Shown: positions 41,169-51,714 of the stretch, in pieces
How the letters are laid out: the number at the start of each line of letters is the position of its first letter
How positions within the stretch are numbered: the first letter of the stretch is position 1
DNA from: an uncultured Gemmatimonadales bacterium
GTDB taxonomy: Bacteria; Gemmatimonadota; Gemmatimonadetes; Gemmatimonadales; GWC2-71-9
Assembly: GCA_963771275.1 (NCBI GenBank)
Contig: CAVYSW010000003.1
Coordinates: 64,001-128,000, forward strand
DNA: 64,000 nt
Direction: 5' to 3'
Made by a program: the position numbers and the translations under genes
The notes under the pieces: model-generated
Told to the model about the DNA's origin: nothing
Databases searched by the model: none
Seen by the model: only the letters and a program-made list of their open reading frames with translations

Positions 41169-42445
41169 CGCGCGCGCGACTGACAGTGCCGGTGCTCCTG
41201 CTGGCGGCGGCACCCGCCGTGGCGGCGGCGCAGACGATCGCGATCACGGGTGGCAAGGTGTTCCCGGTGAGCGGCCCGCCGATCGAGCGCGGCACCGTGC
41301 TGATCGTGGACGGCCGCATCACGGCGGTCGGCGCCGACGTGACGGTCCCCACCGGGGCCACGCGGATCGACGCCACGGGCAAATGGGTAACCCCGGGGCT
41401 GGTGGACCTCAACACCGAGCTGGGCCTGGTCGAAGTCGGGTTCGGGGCGGGCGCCAACGAGTCATCGGCCAAGGGACAGGACGCGGTCGCCGCGTCGTTT
41501 CAGCCGTGGGTGGCGCTCAACTCCCGCTCCGTGCTCATCCCGCCCGCGCGCCAGGGCGGCGTCACCACCGTGGCGGTGTGGCCGGTGGGCGGGCTGGTCG
41601 CCGGCCAGGGCGCGCTGATCGACCTGCTGGACGGCTCGATGACCGACATGCTGCTCGCGGCACCCGCGGGCATGGCGGGCCAGGTCTCGAGCGATCAGGA
41701 CGCCGGGGTGGGGGCCCGGGGCGAGCTGTTCGGCCGCCTGCGGGATCTCCTCCAGAACGCGCGGGACTACGGCCGCCGCAAGGCCGACTACGACCGCGGG
41801 CAGATGCGCCCCGTGCCGTACCGCCGCGAGGATCTCGAGGCGCTGCTCCCGGTGGTGGCGGGCAAGCTCCCGCTCGTGCTGGTGGCCGACCGCGCCGCCG
41901 ACATCGAGGCGGTGCTTACGCTCGCGGCCGATCTCGACATCCGGATCGTGATCGCCGGCGGCGCGGAGGCGTGGCAGGTGGCGGACAAGCTCGCCGCCGC
42001 CAAGGTGCCGGTGCTGACGGGCGCGATGAACAACATCCCGCAGAGCTTCAACGCGCTCGCCAGCCGGCAGGAGAGCGCGGCCCTGCTCAAGGCAGCCGGC
42101 GTGACGGTCGGGCTGATCGGAAACGGCGCGGGTGACGAAGAGTTGTTCAACGTGCGCAACCTGCGTTACGAGGCGGGGAACGCGGTGGCCTACGGGATGA
42201 CGTGGGACGACGCGCTCCGGGCCGTGACGCTCACGCCGGCGGAGGTGTTCGGCGTGGCGGATCGCGTGGGCGCGCTCACTCCAGGCCTCGAGGCCAACGT
42301 GGTAATCTGGAGCGGCGATCCGTTCGAGTTCGCCACGGCGGCGGAGCACGTGCTGGTACGGGGCCGCGAGTTCACCGCGCCCTCGCGGCAGGATCTGCTG
42401 ATCCAGCGCTACCGGACCCTCCCGCCGAGGTACCAGCCACGATAG
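41165..42445 (+). CDS. amidohydrolase-family protein (partner subunit)
   Basis: TPGLVD, GGAEAW, ALRAVTLTPA, ANVVIWSGDP; lacks the HxH metal motif. Confidence 0.88.
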   Translation: MTRARLTVPVLLLAAAPAVAAAQTIAITGGKVFPVSGPPIERGTVLIVDGRITAVGADVTVPTGATRIDATGKWVTPGLVDLNTELGLVEVGFGAGANESSAKGQDAVAASFQPWVALNSRSVLIPPARQGGVTTVAVWPVGGLVAGQGALIDLLDGSMTDMLLAAPAGMAGQVSSDQDAGVGARGELFGRLRDLLQNARDYGRRKADYDRGQMRPVPYRREDLEALLPVVAGKLPLVLVADRAADIEAVLTLAADLDIRIVIAGGAEAWQVADKLAAAKVPVLTGAMNNIPQSFNALASRQESAALLKAAGVTVGLIGNGAGDEELFNVRNLRYEAGNAVAYGMTWDDALRAVTLTPAEVFGVADRVGALTPGLEANVVIWSGDPFEFATAAEHVLVRGREFTAPSRQDLLIQRYRTLPPRYQPR

Positions 42446-42519
42446 CCGATGGGCCGAGAGCCGATGGCCGAAAGCTCAGCCTGGGCCGTCGGCTATCGGC
42501 CATCGGCTATCGGCCATCG
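42442..42519. repeat. inverted heptamer arrays (GCCGAT-like / GCYATCG)
   Basis: gatagccgatgggccgagagccgatggccg...tcggctatcggccatcggctatcggccatcg. Confidence 0.75.
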
Positions 42520-42523
42520 CCCC

Positions 42524-43088
42524 CTACGCCGAGGGCCACAGCCATCCCATGGCGCCGCCGGTCATCGCCGCGTAGATCAGCGCGTCGAACACCGACCTGA
42601 GCGTGGCGCCCCATGCAGCGCCGGTACCAGATCGAGTTCTGGAATAGCGCGAGGCCGTAGCCCGCGAACGCCGTCGCGCCGGCGAACCGGAACACCACGA
42701 GGTAGTCGGCGCCCGGCTCGAGCGCCCGGCCCGCGACGTACGCCGCGAAGATCCCCACCACGACGCAGTACACGAACCACTGGACGAGGCTCCGGCCCAT
42801 CGTCATCGGCCCCTTGGGCACCACCGTCATCATCAGCACCGGTCCCTTGGCCAGCTTCTCCTGGTACTCCGGGGACTTCATGGCGGCAGACGAGCCGGCG
42901 TACGGCATGACGTAGTCGCCGGGGGGGATGTCGAACCCGCGGAGCGCGTCGCTCACCGCCCCCTCCTGGGGCACGGCCTTCACGTCGTTCTTGTGGTAGG
43001 TGAGGAACATGTGGATGATCGAGCTCACCACGAACACAATGACGGCCGCGACGAGAATGGGGAGCCAGAGCTGCGTGAGTGGGACCAT
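42524..43088 (-). CDS. hypothetical membrane protein; frameshift near 42618
   Basis: LWLPILVAAV..PPGDYVMP; a corrected frame gives ..WYRRAWGATLRSVFDALIYAAMTGGAMGWLWPSA*. Confidence 0.8.
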
Positions 43089-43243
43089 GGTGCGCCTCCG
43101 TTGGTTGACCCGACTGGGGTGATGCCCGCCGGCGGCGGGCGCCTCGAGCCGGCTTCAATGCTGTCGCGCGACGGGCCGGAGCGCCAGGGATGGGGGGGGT
43201 GGGGGAGCCGGCGCGGCCCTCTCCGGAAGCGTTACATTGGGGC

Positions 43244-43542
43244 ATGGCGAACCGAGCGATGGATTGGCTGACGCAGGGGCGCCCGGACCTCGAGTTCGCG
43301 CGCCACGCCGCGTTGGGGGGCTTCCACGAATGGGCCTGTTGCGCGGCGCAGCAGGCCGCGGAGTAGGCGCTGCAGCGCTGCTCGACACCGCCCGCCGTCT
43401 CGACCGCTTCTACATCCTGACCCGCTATCCCAACGGCTTCGACCGGGGGGCGCCGCGCGAGTATTTCGGCGCCGAGGACAGCAGTGGAGCCATCGCCGAT
43501 GCCGATCGCATCCTTGAGTTCTGCGCCCGTCACGTTTCTTGA
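43244..43542 (+). pseudogene. degraded HEPN-domain gene
   Basis: MANRAMDWLTQG..FHEWACCAAQQAAE then TAG at 43364 (K expected); middle segment missing; LDRFYILTRYPN continues in another frame. Confidence 0.75.
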
Positions 43543-43888
43543 CGTGCCGCGCGCGGTGGAGGCGGTCCGCGCGGCCGCCATCCGACTGCGCGCGACCGAC
43601 CCGGGCGTGGTCGCGGTGATCCTCTTCGGGTCCCTGGCCGACGGCACGGCGACTCCCCGCAGCGATGCCGACGTGCTCGTCGTGTTGCGGGAGGACGGCC
43701 GGCGGGTACTGGATCGGATCCCGGACTACACCCGTCCGTTCGAGGACCTGGACCTCAGCGTGCAGGTGCTGCCGTGGACGCGGGGCGAGCTGGAGCGGCG
43801 GCTGGCGGAGGGTGACCGCTTCGCGCGCGAGATCGTCGAGCGGGGCCGAGTGCTGGCGGGGGCGATCGCCTTCACTTCACCAAGGTGA
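43499..43888 (+). CDS. minimal nucleotidyltransferase (MNT)
   Basis: ILFGSLADGTATPRSDADVLVV. Confidence 0.85.
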   Translation: MPIASLSSAPVTFLDVPRAVEAVRAAAIRLRATDPGVVAVILFGSLADGTATPRSDADVLVVLREDGRRVLDRIPDYTRPFEDLDLSVQVLPWTRGELERRLAEGDRFAREIVERGRVLAGAIAFTSPR

Positions 43889-45977
43889 GCCCCCGCTCAC
43901 TCGTGGCGCTGGTGCCCGCGACATCGTCCTGCACGGTCACGAGCAGCCGGTAGTTCCCCGTCGCGTCCGGCAACCGCAGCGTGACGACATCAGCGGCGTA
44001 GCCGCTCGCGCCCAACGGCCGCTGCCGCTGCCATGTGAAACTCCCGGCCTCGCCCCGGAGCCCCAGCGCCCGTCCCAGCACCCGCACCACCTCCGCCCCC
44101 GGCGTTCGGCCGCCCGCGGCCGCTGCGAGCTGGACCGTCACGGTGTAGCGCGCCGTCGAGTCGGCACCGATGCTGAGCCCGTACGTTTCCCAATACACCG
44201 AGAGATCTGCCTGCGGTGCCGGCAGGGTGTCCGGCCGACCTACCAGGCGCACGTCGGCCCGCCGGTTCACCTCCCCGACGCTGTTCGCCGCATCGGCCAG
44301 CAACAGATCCGACAACGCCAGCCCGTCCGGGGCCGTCACGTCGAGCGCGGCCCGGAGCTGCCCCGCCGCGCCCGCTCTCTGCGCCAGCCCCTCCACCGCC
44401 ACCTGCAGCGGCCCCGCCACCACCGGCAACACCGCCTCGTACGTGACCGCACCCCTGCCCGCCGCGGGTTGTGGTGCCCCGGTTCACGAGTCGCCCGCCA
44501 AGGCGCTCGTGCACGAACACGCCCAGCTCCACGCGGTCTGTCGCTCCCGAGCGAGTCCGGCTCCCAGCCGAACCGCGCGTGTACCTCCAGCACCGGCCTC
44601 CCGGGACGCGGGAACCGGGTGACCACCGCGCCCACCCTGCCGGCCCGGTACGGATTGTCGTAGCTCGACGGCAGCACCCGCGCCATCATGCTGTCCAACT
44701 CCTCGGTCAACGTCTCCCGCTTGTATTCCAGCGCGCGCTCTGAGAGCTGCCGCTCGAAGATGAAGCTCGGCACGCCCAGATCGTAGTTGAAGAACGTCCA
44801 GCGCCCGCCGCCCTGTTGAATGAGGCTGTTGACGTCCTTGCTCGCGTCGCGGAAGATCTCCCACATGTGCATCGGCCAGCCGTACCGCAAGAACAACTTC
44901 CCCGGTTGCGTGTCCCGCCCGGGAATCCGCTCCGTCGGATCCGTGAACATGATGTCCGCTAGCGCAATCCGCGCGTACAACTGCACCCGCCGCTCGTTCC
45001 CCGGCGTCAGATACAACGGGTCCGACAACGCCCACAGCTCTCTCGTCCGCCCGAGGTCCACCCCCCGGGTAATCACCTCAAGCCGCTCAAACCCCGCCTT
45101 GAGCGAATCCGGGATCAGGGAGTCGATGACGGCGAGCGTCTGACCGGCCTGCTCGATACGCCTGCGCGTGTGCACCTGGGCCGCCACCAGCGCCAGCCGC
45201 GCCGCCACCGCCGCCGGCTCCGCCTGCATCCAGCGCGTCGCCACCCCCTCGAACTCGTCCCACCGATCCTCCACCAGCGCCCGCCGCAGCCGCAACCAGT
45301 TCGCCTCGCCATGGGTCGGATCGAACTGCAGCGCCGAGTCCAGCCACTGCACCACCACCCGCCGCTGATCCGCGATGACCGACGCCAGGCTCGGCTGGTG
45401 CAGAAACCGCTCGTTGAAGAATCGCGGATGGACGAAGTTCTCGCAGAAGTAGCCCATCTCGATGCAGTCGGGGGTGCTGACCCCCAGAGGCGGCGGGGTC
45501 TGGATCAGGAAGTCGAAGTTCCGCAGCCAGTCGTCGAGCAGCAGGGCCTTGCGGTACAGCACCGCCGCCCGGAACGCCGGGGTTGCCTTGGCGCTGTCCG
45601 CCGCCACCAACCGTTCCGCCCGCTTGAGCATCCGCTGCGCGTCCACCCGGAGACTTTGTTTCTCCTTGAGCAGCGCGTAGGCATAGAGACATGTCGCGGT
45701 CTCATGCCGCAGCCCCCGCGCAAACGCCTCCGAGGCTTCCTGCCGGATCCGCCAACTGACCTGACGCATCGTCGCCATGGAGGTGAGCAGCTGGGCCAGC
45801 GCGCACCAGACTCTCCGGGCTGTCGGTTGCGCGCGCCTGGTGACGCAGCATGGTCAGCGCAGCGCTCGTGTCACCGCGAGCGAGCAGGAGGGCGGTCGTG
45901 GAATCCCACTGGCCGACGGCCGTCGCGGGAACCACGAGGGAAACGAGAACGACCGACAGCGTGAGGCGGAACGGCAT
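43872..45977 (-). CDS. secreted GWxTD-like domain protein, about three apparent frameshifts
   Basis: Signal peptide, helical repeats, DPLYLTPGNERRVQLYARIALADIMF..GRDTQPGKLFLRYGWP, LSDLLLA..VYWETYGL; shifts near 45810, 44540 and 44460. Confidence 0.7.
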
Positions 45978-46030
45978 AGGACCCTCCCGCGGGGACTACC
46001 CACGGTCACCTGCACTTCCAGTCCAATGTA

Positions 46031-46044
46031 GGGGGGGGGGGGGG
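46031..46044. repeat. G14 homopolymer within a candidate promoter
   Basis: Minus strand reads TTGCG-C14-TACATT upstream of the 45977 start. Confidence 0.8.
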
Positions 46045-46254
46045 CGCAATTGCTACTGGTAGGAGGTATGGGGGGTGAACGACGACGCCACCCCGCACAT
46101 GACTCCGGCACTATCCCGAACCCGCCTATCCCCTCCCCTTCTCGAGGGGAGGACGTCTACCCCCCGCGAAAGAGAACCAACCGGGAGGTGGCGACCCGGC
46201 GTCCCGGCTCGCATCTTCTCCCAGTCTCGAGCTTTGCCATCACCCGGAGCCCCC

Positions 46255-48841
46255 GTGCGACGCACCGTCAGCGCACAGCGCACAGCGCACATCCTGCTCG
46301 CGGCGCTCGCCGTCCCCGTGGGCGCGTATGCCCAGGAGCTTCGCGTCCCCCGGTTCGCGATCGCGCCCTCGCCCATCCAGCTCTCCGGCGATGTCCGCCC
46401 CCAGCAGTTCCTCGGCGTCGAGGGCCGCAAGGCCGCGTGGCTCGGGCTCGAGACCGGCGAGGCCGAGCTGTGGGTCCATCCGCTGAAGCTCGCCACCGAC
46501 TTCCAGCTCGCCTTCAAGATCCCCGACTACACCGACCCGATCCGCGGCGCGGACGTCGCCCGCACGGTGACGGTCCGGCCCGAGATCACGACCATCACCT
46601 ACAGCCACGCCACGTTCACCGTGCGGGAGCATATCCTCGCCCCGCTCGACGAGCCCGGCATCCTGGTGCTGCTCGACGTGGAGACGTTCCGGCCACTCCA
46701 GATCATCGGGAGCTTCCGCTCGGTGTTCCAGTACGCCTGGCCCGCGGGGTTCGGCGGGCAGTACACGTTCTGGAGCGAGGAGCGACCACGCCTTCCTCAT
46801 GTCCGAGAGCCTGGGCCGACGGAACGCGTTCATCGGCTCGCCGTGGATCACGGAGGCGTCATCGCACCCGGCGCACGCGCTGCCCGACGCGCCGAGCGTG
46901 TTCGTGATCCCGGTGGACAGCGCGCGGGCCACGCGGGAGCTCATCCCCATCGCGATCGCGGCGGGGACCGGCGCGCGCGACTCTGTGCGGGCGGTCTATC
47001 GCCGGCTGATCACCGGGGCCGAATCGCTGTATCGCGCGCGGCGGGCGTACGCCGACACGCTGCTCGGCACCACGACGACGATCGACTCGCCCGACGACGA
47101 GTTCGACCTGGCGTTCCAGTGGTCCAAGCTCGACCTCGACGCGCAGACCGTGTGCAATCCCGACCTGGGCTGCGGCTTGGTGGCGGGCTGGGGCGCATCC
47201 GGCAAGAGTACGCGGCCCGGGTTCGGCTGGTTCTTTGGCGGCGACGCGGCGATCAACTCGCTCGCGATGGACGCCACGGGCCAGTGGGCACCGGTGGCCC
47301 AGGGGCTCCGGTTTCTCGCGAAGTACCAGCGGCAGGACGGCAAGATTCCGCACGAGATCTCGCAGGCCGCGGCCCGCATCCCGTGGTTCACCGACTTTCC
47401 CTACACGTACTATCACCTCGACACCACGCCCTACTGGATCCTCGCGGTGTGGCGCTACTGGCTCGCGACCGGCGACGGCAAGCTGCTGGACGAGCTGTGG
47501 CCCAACGTCGAGCGGGCCTACCGCTGGACCACCACGCGCGATACCGACGGCGACGGGCTGATCGAGGGCGGGCCTGAGAACCTCGGCGCGATCGAGGTCG
47601 GCCAGCTGGGTGAGGACCTGCACGAGGACATCTACGTCGCCGCCGTGTGGATCGAGGCCCTGAAGGCGATGCAGGACATGGCGCGCGTCAAGGGAAACGC
47701 GGCGCTCGCCCAGGACGCCGCGCGCCGTTACGACCTGGCATACACGACCGTGAACGAGCGGCTGTGGCGCGAGCAGGAAGGCCATCACGCGTTTGGCCTG
47801 CTCACGTCGGGGAAGACGAACGATAACCTGACCGTCTGGCCCGCCACCCCCGCCGCGTTCGGCCAGCTCGAGCCCACGCGCGCCTGGAAGACGCTCACCA
47901 AGCTCGCTACGGACTCGATCACCGCCGACTGGGGCGCGCACTTCCTGTCCACCGGCAGCGCGCTGTACGACCCGATGGGCTACAACGCCGGCGCCATCTG
48001 GCCGTTCGTCACGGGCTTCGTGATCCTTGGCCAGTACCGCTACGGCCGTCCGTGGGCGGCGTTCCCGGTGCTCGATGCCTTGGGCCAGATGACGTTCGAT
48101 TTCTCCCGCGGGCGCCACCCCGAGCTCCTCTCCGGGGCGTACTATCGCCCGCTGGATACGGCCGTCCCGCAGCAGTTCTTCGCGACCTCGATGCTGGTCA
48201 ACCCGGCAGTGACCGGGCTCTTGGGTTGGGAGCCGGACGCGCCGCGGAACCGCGCGCGGCTCGCCCCGCAGCTCCCGCCGCACTGGGGCCAGGTGCGGGT
48301 GAGCCGGCTCCGGGTGGGCGCCGCATCGGTGGACGCCGAGTTCACGGGGATGGCGCAGGGACTCGACGTCACGCTGCACGCCACGGGCGGCGACCCGACG
48401 ATCGCGCTCGAGCTGCCGCTCCCAGAGGGCGCGACCGGAGTGCACGTCACGCTGGATGGCGCTCCGGCCAAGGTAGAGCGGGTCGCGGGGCCGGGCGCCC
48501 AGCGCATCAACCTCGAACTGACCGCCGGCGGCCGCGAGCGTCGGCAGGTGAGCGTCCGGTGGGAGGGCGGGCTCGACGTGATCCCGGAGCCCGTCACGCT
48601 CGAGCCGGGTCAGGAGAGCGGCGGCATCCGGATTCTCGATTTCGCCGCGCGCGGGGACGGATGGGACCTCGTGGTCGAAGGCACCAGCGGCCGGTCTTAC
48701 GAGATCCGCCTGTACGGCGCGCTCCCTCGCTCGGTCACCGGCGCCGCGCTCGAGCGCCGCGCCGGCCCATACAACGTGCTGCGGGTCGCCTTCCCGGCGG
48801 GCACCGGCCGCGCCACCGCCCGGGTGCGCCTGGTACGATGA
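46255..48841 (+). CDS. secreted (alpha/alpha)6 glycoside hydrolase (glycogen-debranching-like); frameshift near 46785
   Basis: Signal peptide; RPGFGWFFGGD, GKIPHEI, DTTP, DTDGDGLIE, YNAGAIWPF, HPELLSG. Confidence 0.8.
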
Positions 48842-49371
48842 CGCCCCTCCCGATCCGGACGTTGATCTCCGAGGAGCGGATCCGCCTCCGGGTCGCCGAG
48901 CTCGCGGAGCGGATCTCGCGCGACTACGCCGGCGTGGGGGAAGTCCTCCTCGTGTGCGTCCTCAAGGGCGCGTTCATGTTCCTCGCCGACCTCACGCGCC
49001 AGCTCACGATTCCTCATCGCGTCGATTTCCTGGCCCTGTCGAGCTACGGCCTGAAGGGGACACGGCAGGGAGCCGTGCGACTGGTGCTCGATCTCCGCGA
49101 ATCGATCCGCGACCGTCACGTGTTGGTGGTCGAGGACATCGTAGACACCGGCAACACGTTCTCCTACATGCTCGAGATGCTCGATGCGCGGCACCCTGCG
49201 TCGCTCCGCACCTGCACGCTGGTCACCAAGCCCGAGCGGCGCCAGAAGGACGTGCGGCTCGACTATGTGGGCTTCGAGATCCCGGACGTGTGGGTGGTGG
49301 GCTACGGGCTCGACCACAAGGAGCGCTACCGGACGCTGCCCTACATCGGGGTGATCGAGGGGACCGAGTAG
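48838..49371 (+). CDS. hpt: hypoxanthine phosphoribosyltransferase
   Basis: VLKGAFMFLADL, VLVVEDIVDTGNT, WVVGYGLD..YRTLPYIG. Confidence 0.95.
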   Translation: MTPLPIRTLISEERIRLRVAELAERISRDYAGVGEVLLVCVLKGAFMFLADLTRQLTIPHRVDFLALSSYGLKGTRQGAVRLVLDLRESIRDRHVLVVEDIVDTGNTFSYMLEMLDARHPASLRTCTLVTKPERRQKDVRLDYVGFEIPDVWVVGYGLDHKERYRTLPYIGVIEGTE

Positions 49372-49406
49372 GAGGGCGCGGTCCAGTGCGGGAGTGATCC
49401 GGTCCG

Positions 49407-49949
49407 CTACACCACTGCCGACAGCGGGACCGTCAAGCCCGGCAGGACCCCTTCGCCATCCAGGGTGTCGGCCTCCGCCAGCAGCGACTCGCTGCCGTCG
49501 GCGCGGTACACGCGGGCCTGTCGTCGGACGGGGTCCACGACCCAGACGAGCTGACTGCCGGCGCGCAGCCAGTCCGCGACCTTGGCGAGGACTTCTCCGG
49601 GGCGGTCGTCCGGGGAGAGCACCTCGACTACCAGGTCCGGCGCCAGCCTGGCAAATCCGGTGGGCGGCGGGTCCGGCAGCCGCGCTCGGCTGACGAACGC
49701 GACGTCAGGCGCGCGGACCGTGTCGGGGTTCGTGAACAAGGTGAACCCGGTCTCGGCAGCCAACACGCAGCCGAGGCCGTGGCGGTCAACGTGGTCGGTG
49801 ACGACCTTCGCGATCCGGGCAGCAACCTCGCCATGACGGTATCCCGCCGGCTCCCTGACCACCAGGACCCCTCGCACCAACTCGGTGCGCTTGTCCGGGA
49901 GATTGAGGTGCAGGAGATCGTCGGCCGTGAGCCTCGCCGGAGCGCTCAT
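49407..49949 (-). CDS. Uma2 family endonuclease
   Basis: ELVRG..PAGYRH, APDVAFV, PDLVVEVLSP, LVWVVDP. Confidence 0.92.
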   Translation of the reverse strand: MSAPARLTADDLLHLNLPDKRTELVRGVLVVREPAGYRHGEVAARIAKVVTDHVDRHGLGCVLAAETGFTLFTNPDTVRAPDVAFVSRARLPDPPPTGFARLAPDLVVEVLSPDDRPGEVLAKVADWLRAGSQLVWVVDPVRRQARVYRADGSESLLAEADTLDGEGVLPGLTVPLSAVV

Positions 49950-49981
49950 GCCGGCAATGTAGGGATGGTTGTGAGGCATGG

Positions 49982-50191
49982 CTAGGGAGTCTGGCGAGGT
50001 AGTGGCAGACGCTCGATCACTCGAAGCGTAAGGGCGTTCACGTCGTCCGTGAGGTGCTTCACGTCGCGACGCAGGGCGTCCACGTCAGCCCGCACGTCGT
50101 ATAGTTGATTCAGGTAATTGACGAGCTCTCCGACGAGCTCGTGGCCCAACTTATCGTAGACCGCTCTCGAGAAATGGACCAGGACGGGCAT
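49982..50191 (-). CDS. small hypothetical coiled-coil protein
   Basis: GGAGG RBS; MPVLVHFSRAVYDKLGHELVGELVNYLNQ followed by a heptad pattern. Confidence 0.6.
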   Translation of the reverse strand: MPVLVHFSRAVYDKLGHELVGELVNYLNQLYDVRADVDALRRDVKHLTDDVNALTLRVIERLPLPRQTP

Positions 50192-50496
50192 CGGGCCCTC
50201 CGGGGTGACGCCCCTACAGTATGGCACCAGAGGTAGGAGCACATAACCGAAACACCGCACGCGCCGACGGCTGCACTCTAGGGAGGGGATCGGCACACTC
50301 CGCCCCAATCCCGACCCAAAGCCCCGGGTTTGATGCGCTCGGGAGGCCGCCCCGTCATATTTCCTGCCTTGTAGATCGCACCACCGCACCGCAGGGGATC
50401 GCGTCCTCGCGGTCCTTTCGCGGTGCGTGTTGTATTCTTGGGGCTCCCGGAGCGTGACCACACCGCCGGGTCGAGCACTCATTCGAGGAACACGCC

Positions 50497-51714
50497 ATGA
50501 GCATCAGCCAGTTGGCCCGGTCGATTCGCGAGTCGGCCACGCTGAAACTGAACGAGACTGCCGCCCTGCTGCGCGAGAAGGGCGAGCCCGTCATTCACCT
50601 GGGCGGCGGGGAGCCCAAGAGCAAGGTGCCCTTGGACGCCATCATCAACATGACCTCGCTGGCCCACACCGGGGAGGTCCGCTACACGCCCCCGGACGGC
50701 ATCCCGTCGCTCAAGAAGGCGATCATCCGCTACACCGAGGAGCAGTACGGCCGGACGATCCACGCCGACAACGTGATCGTCTCGGGCGGGGCCAAGCAGT
50801 CGATCATGTGCTTCTTGCACACGATTCTCGACCCCAAGGACGAGGTCATCATCCTGGCGCCCTACTGGGTGAGCTATCCCGAAATGGTGAAGCTCGCCGG
50901 TGGCGTGCCCGTGATCGTGAAGGGCGAGGACGGCACGTTCCAGCCCACGCTCAAGGAGATCGCGGAGGCGTGCGGCCAGTACACCAAGGCCGTGATCGTG
51001 AACAGCCCGAACAACCCGTCCGGCGCCATGTACCCGGCCGAGTTCATCGCCGAGATCGTGGCGTTCTGCGAGAAGAAGAAGCTCTACCTGCTGATGGACG
51101 ACATCTACAACCGTCTGACGTTCGACGGCAAGACGGCGCCCAACTGCTACGACTACACGGAGTTGGATATCGAGAACTCGCGCATGGTGGTGGTCAACGG
51201 CGTCTCGAAGATGTACGGCATGACCGGCTTCCGGATCGGCTGGGCGGTGGGCAGCACGCCGCTGATCGAGACGATGGCGATCATCCAGTCGCAGCAGACT
51301 TCCGGCCCGGCGGCGCCGTCCCAGTGGGCGGCGGTGGGCGCGTTGAACGGCGTGCAGTCGGCGATCGCCAACCTGCGCACCACGCTCGAGAACAACCGCA
51401 ACGTGATGGTCGAGCGGCTCCAGGCGTTCGACGGCGTCAAGGTGGTGAAGCCCGCCGGCACGTTCTACTGCTTCCCGGACTTCAGCGCCTACGAGAAGGA
51501 CTCACAGAAGCTCGCCAACTTCCTGCTGGAGAAGGTCCGGGTCGTGGTGGTGCCGGGCAAGGAGTTCGGCTTCGAGGGCTACCTGCGGCTCAGCTACTGC
51601 GGCTCGATCAAGGACGTGACCGAGGGTCTCGAGCGGATCAAGTGGGCGCTCGATCCCAACTCGCCCAACGAGCTGTACCTCGGCGAGCGGAAGCTGGTGA
51701 GGGACTGGCTATGA
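50497..51714 (+). CDS. class I PLP-dependent aminotransferase (aspartate aminotransferase-like)
   Basis: GEP, YTPPDG, NSPNNPSG, DDIY, SKMYGMTGFRIG. Confidence 0.93.
   Translation: MSISQLARSIRESATLKLNETAALLREKGEPVIHLGGGEPKSKVPLDAIINMTSLAHTGEVRYTPPDGIPSLKKAIIRYTEEQYGRTIHADNVIVSGGAKQSIMCFLHTILDPKDEVIILAPYWVSYPEMVKLAGGVPVIVKGEDGTFQPTLKEIAEACGQYTKAVIVNSPNNPSGAMYPAEFIAEIVAFCEKKKLYLLMDDIYNRLTFDGKTAPNCYDYTELDIENSRMVVVNGVSKMYGMTGFRIGWAVGSTPLIETMAIIQSQQTSGPAAPSQWAAVGALNGVQSAIANLRTTLENNRNVMVERLQAFDGVKVVKPAGTFYCFPDFSAYEKDSQKLANFLLEKVRVVVVPGKEFGFEGYLRLSYCGSIKDVTEGLERIKWALDPNSPNELYLGERKLVRDWL

Noticed and set aside
43364..43366. Pyrrolysine or stop-codon readthrough at the HEPN TAG
   Set aside because: A deletion and frame change follow immediately, and no pyl genes are seen. 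Pseudogene decay fits better.
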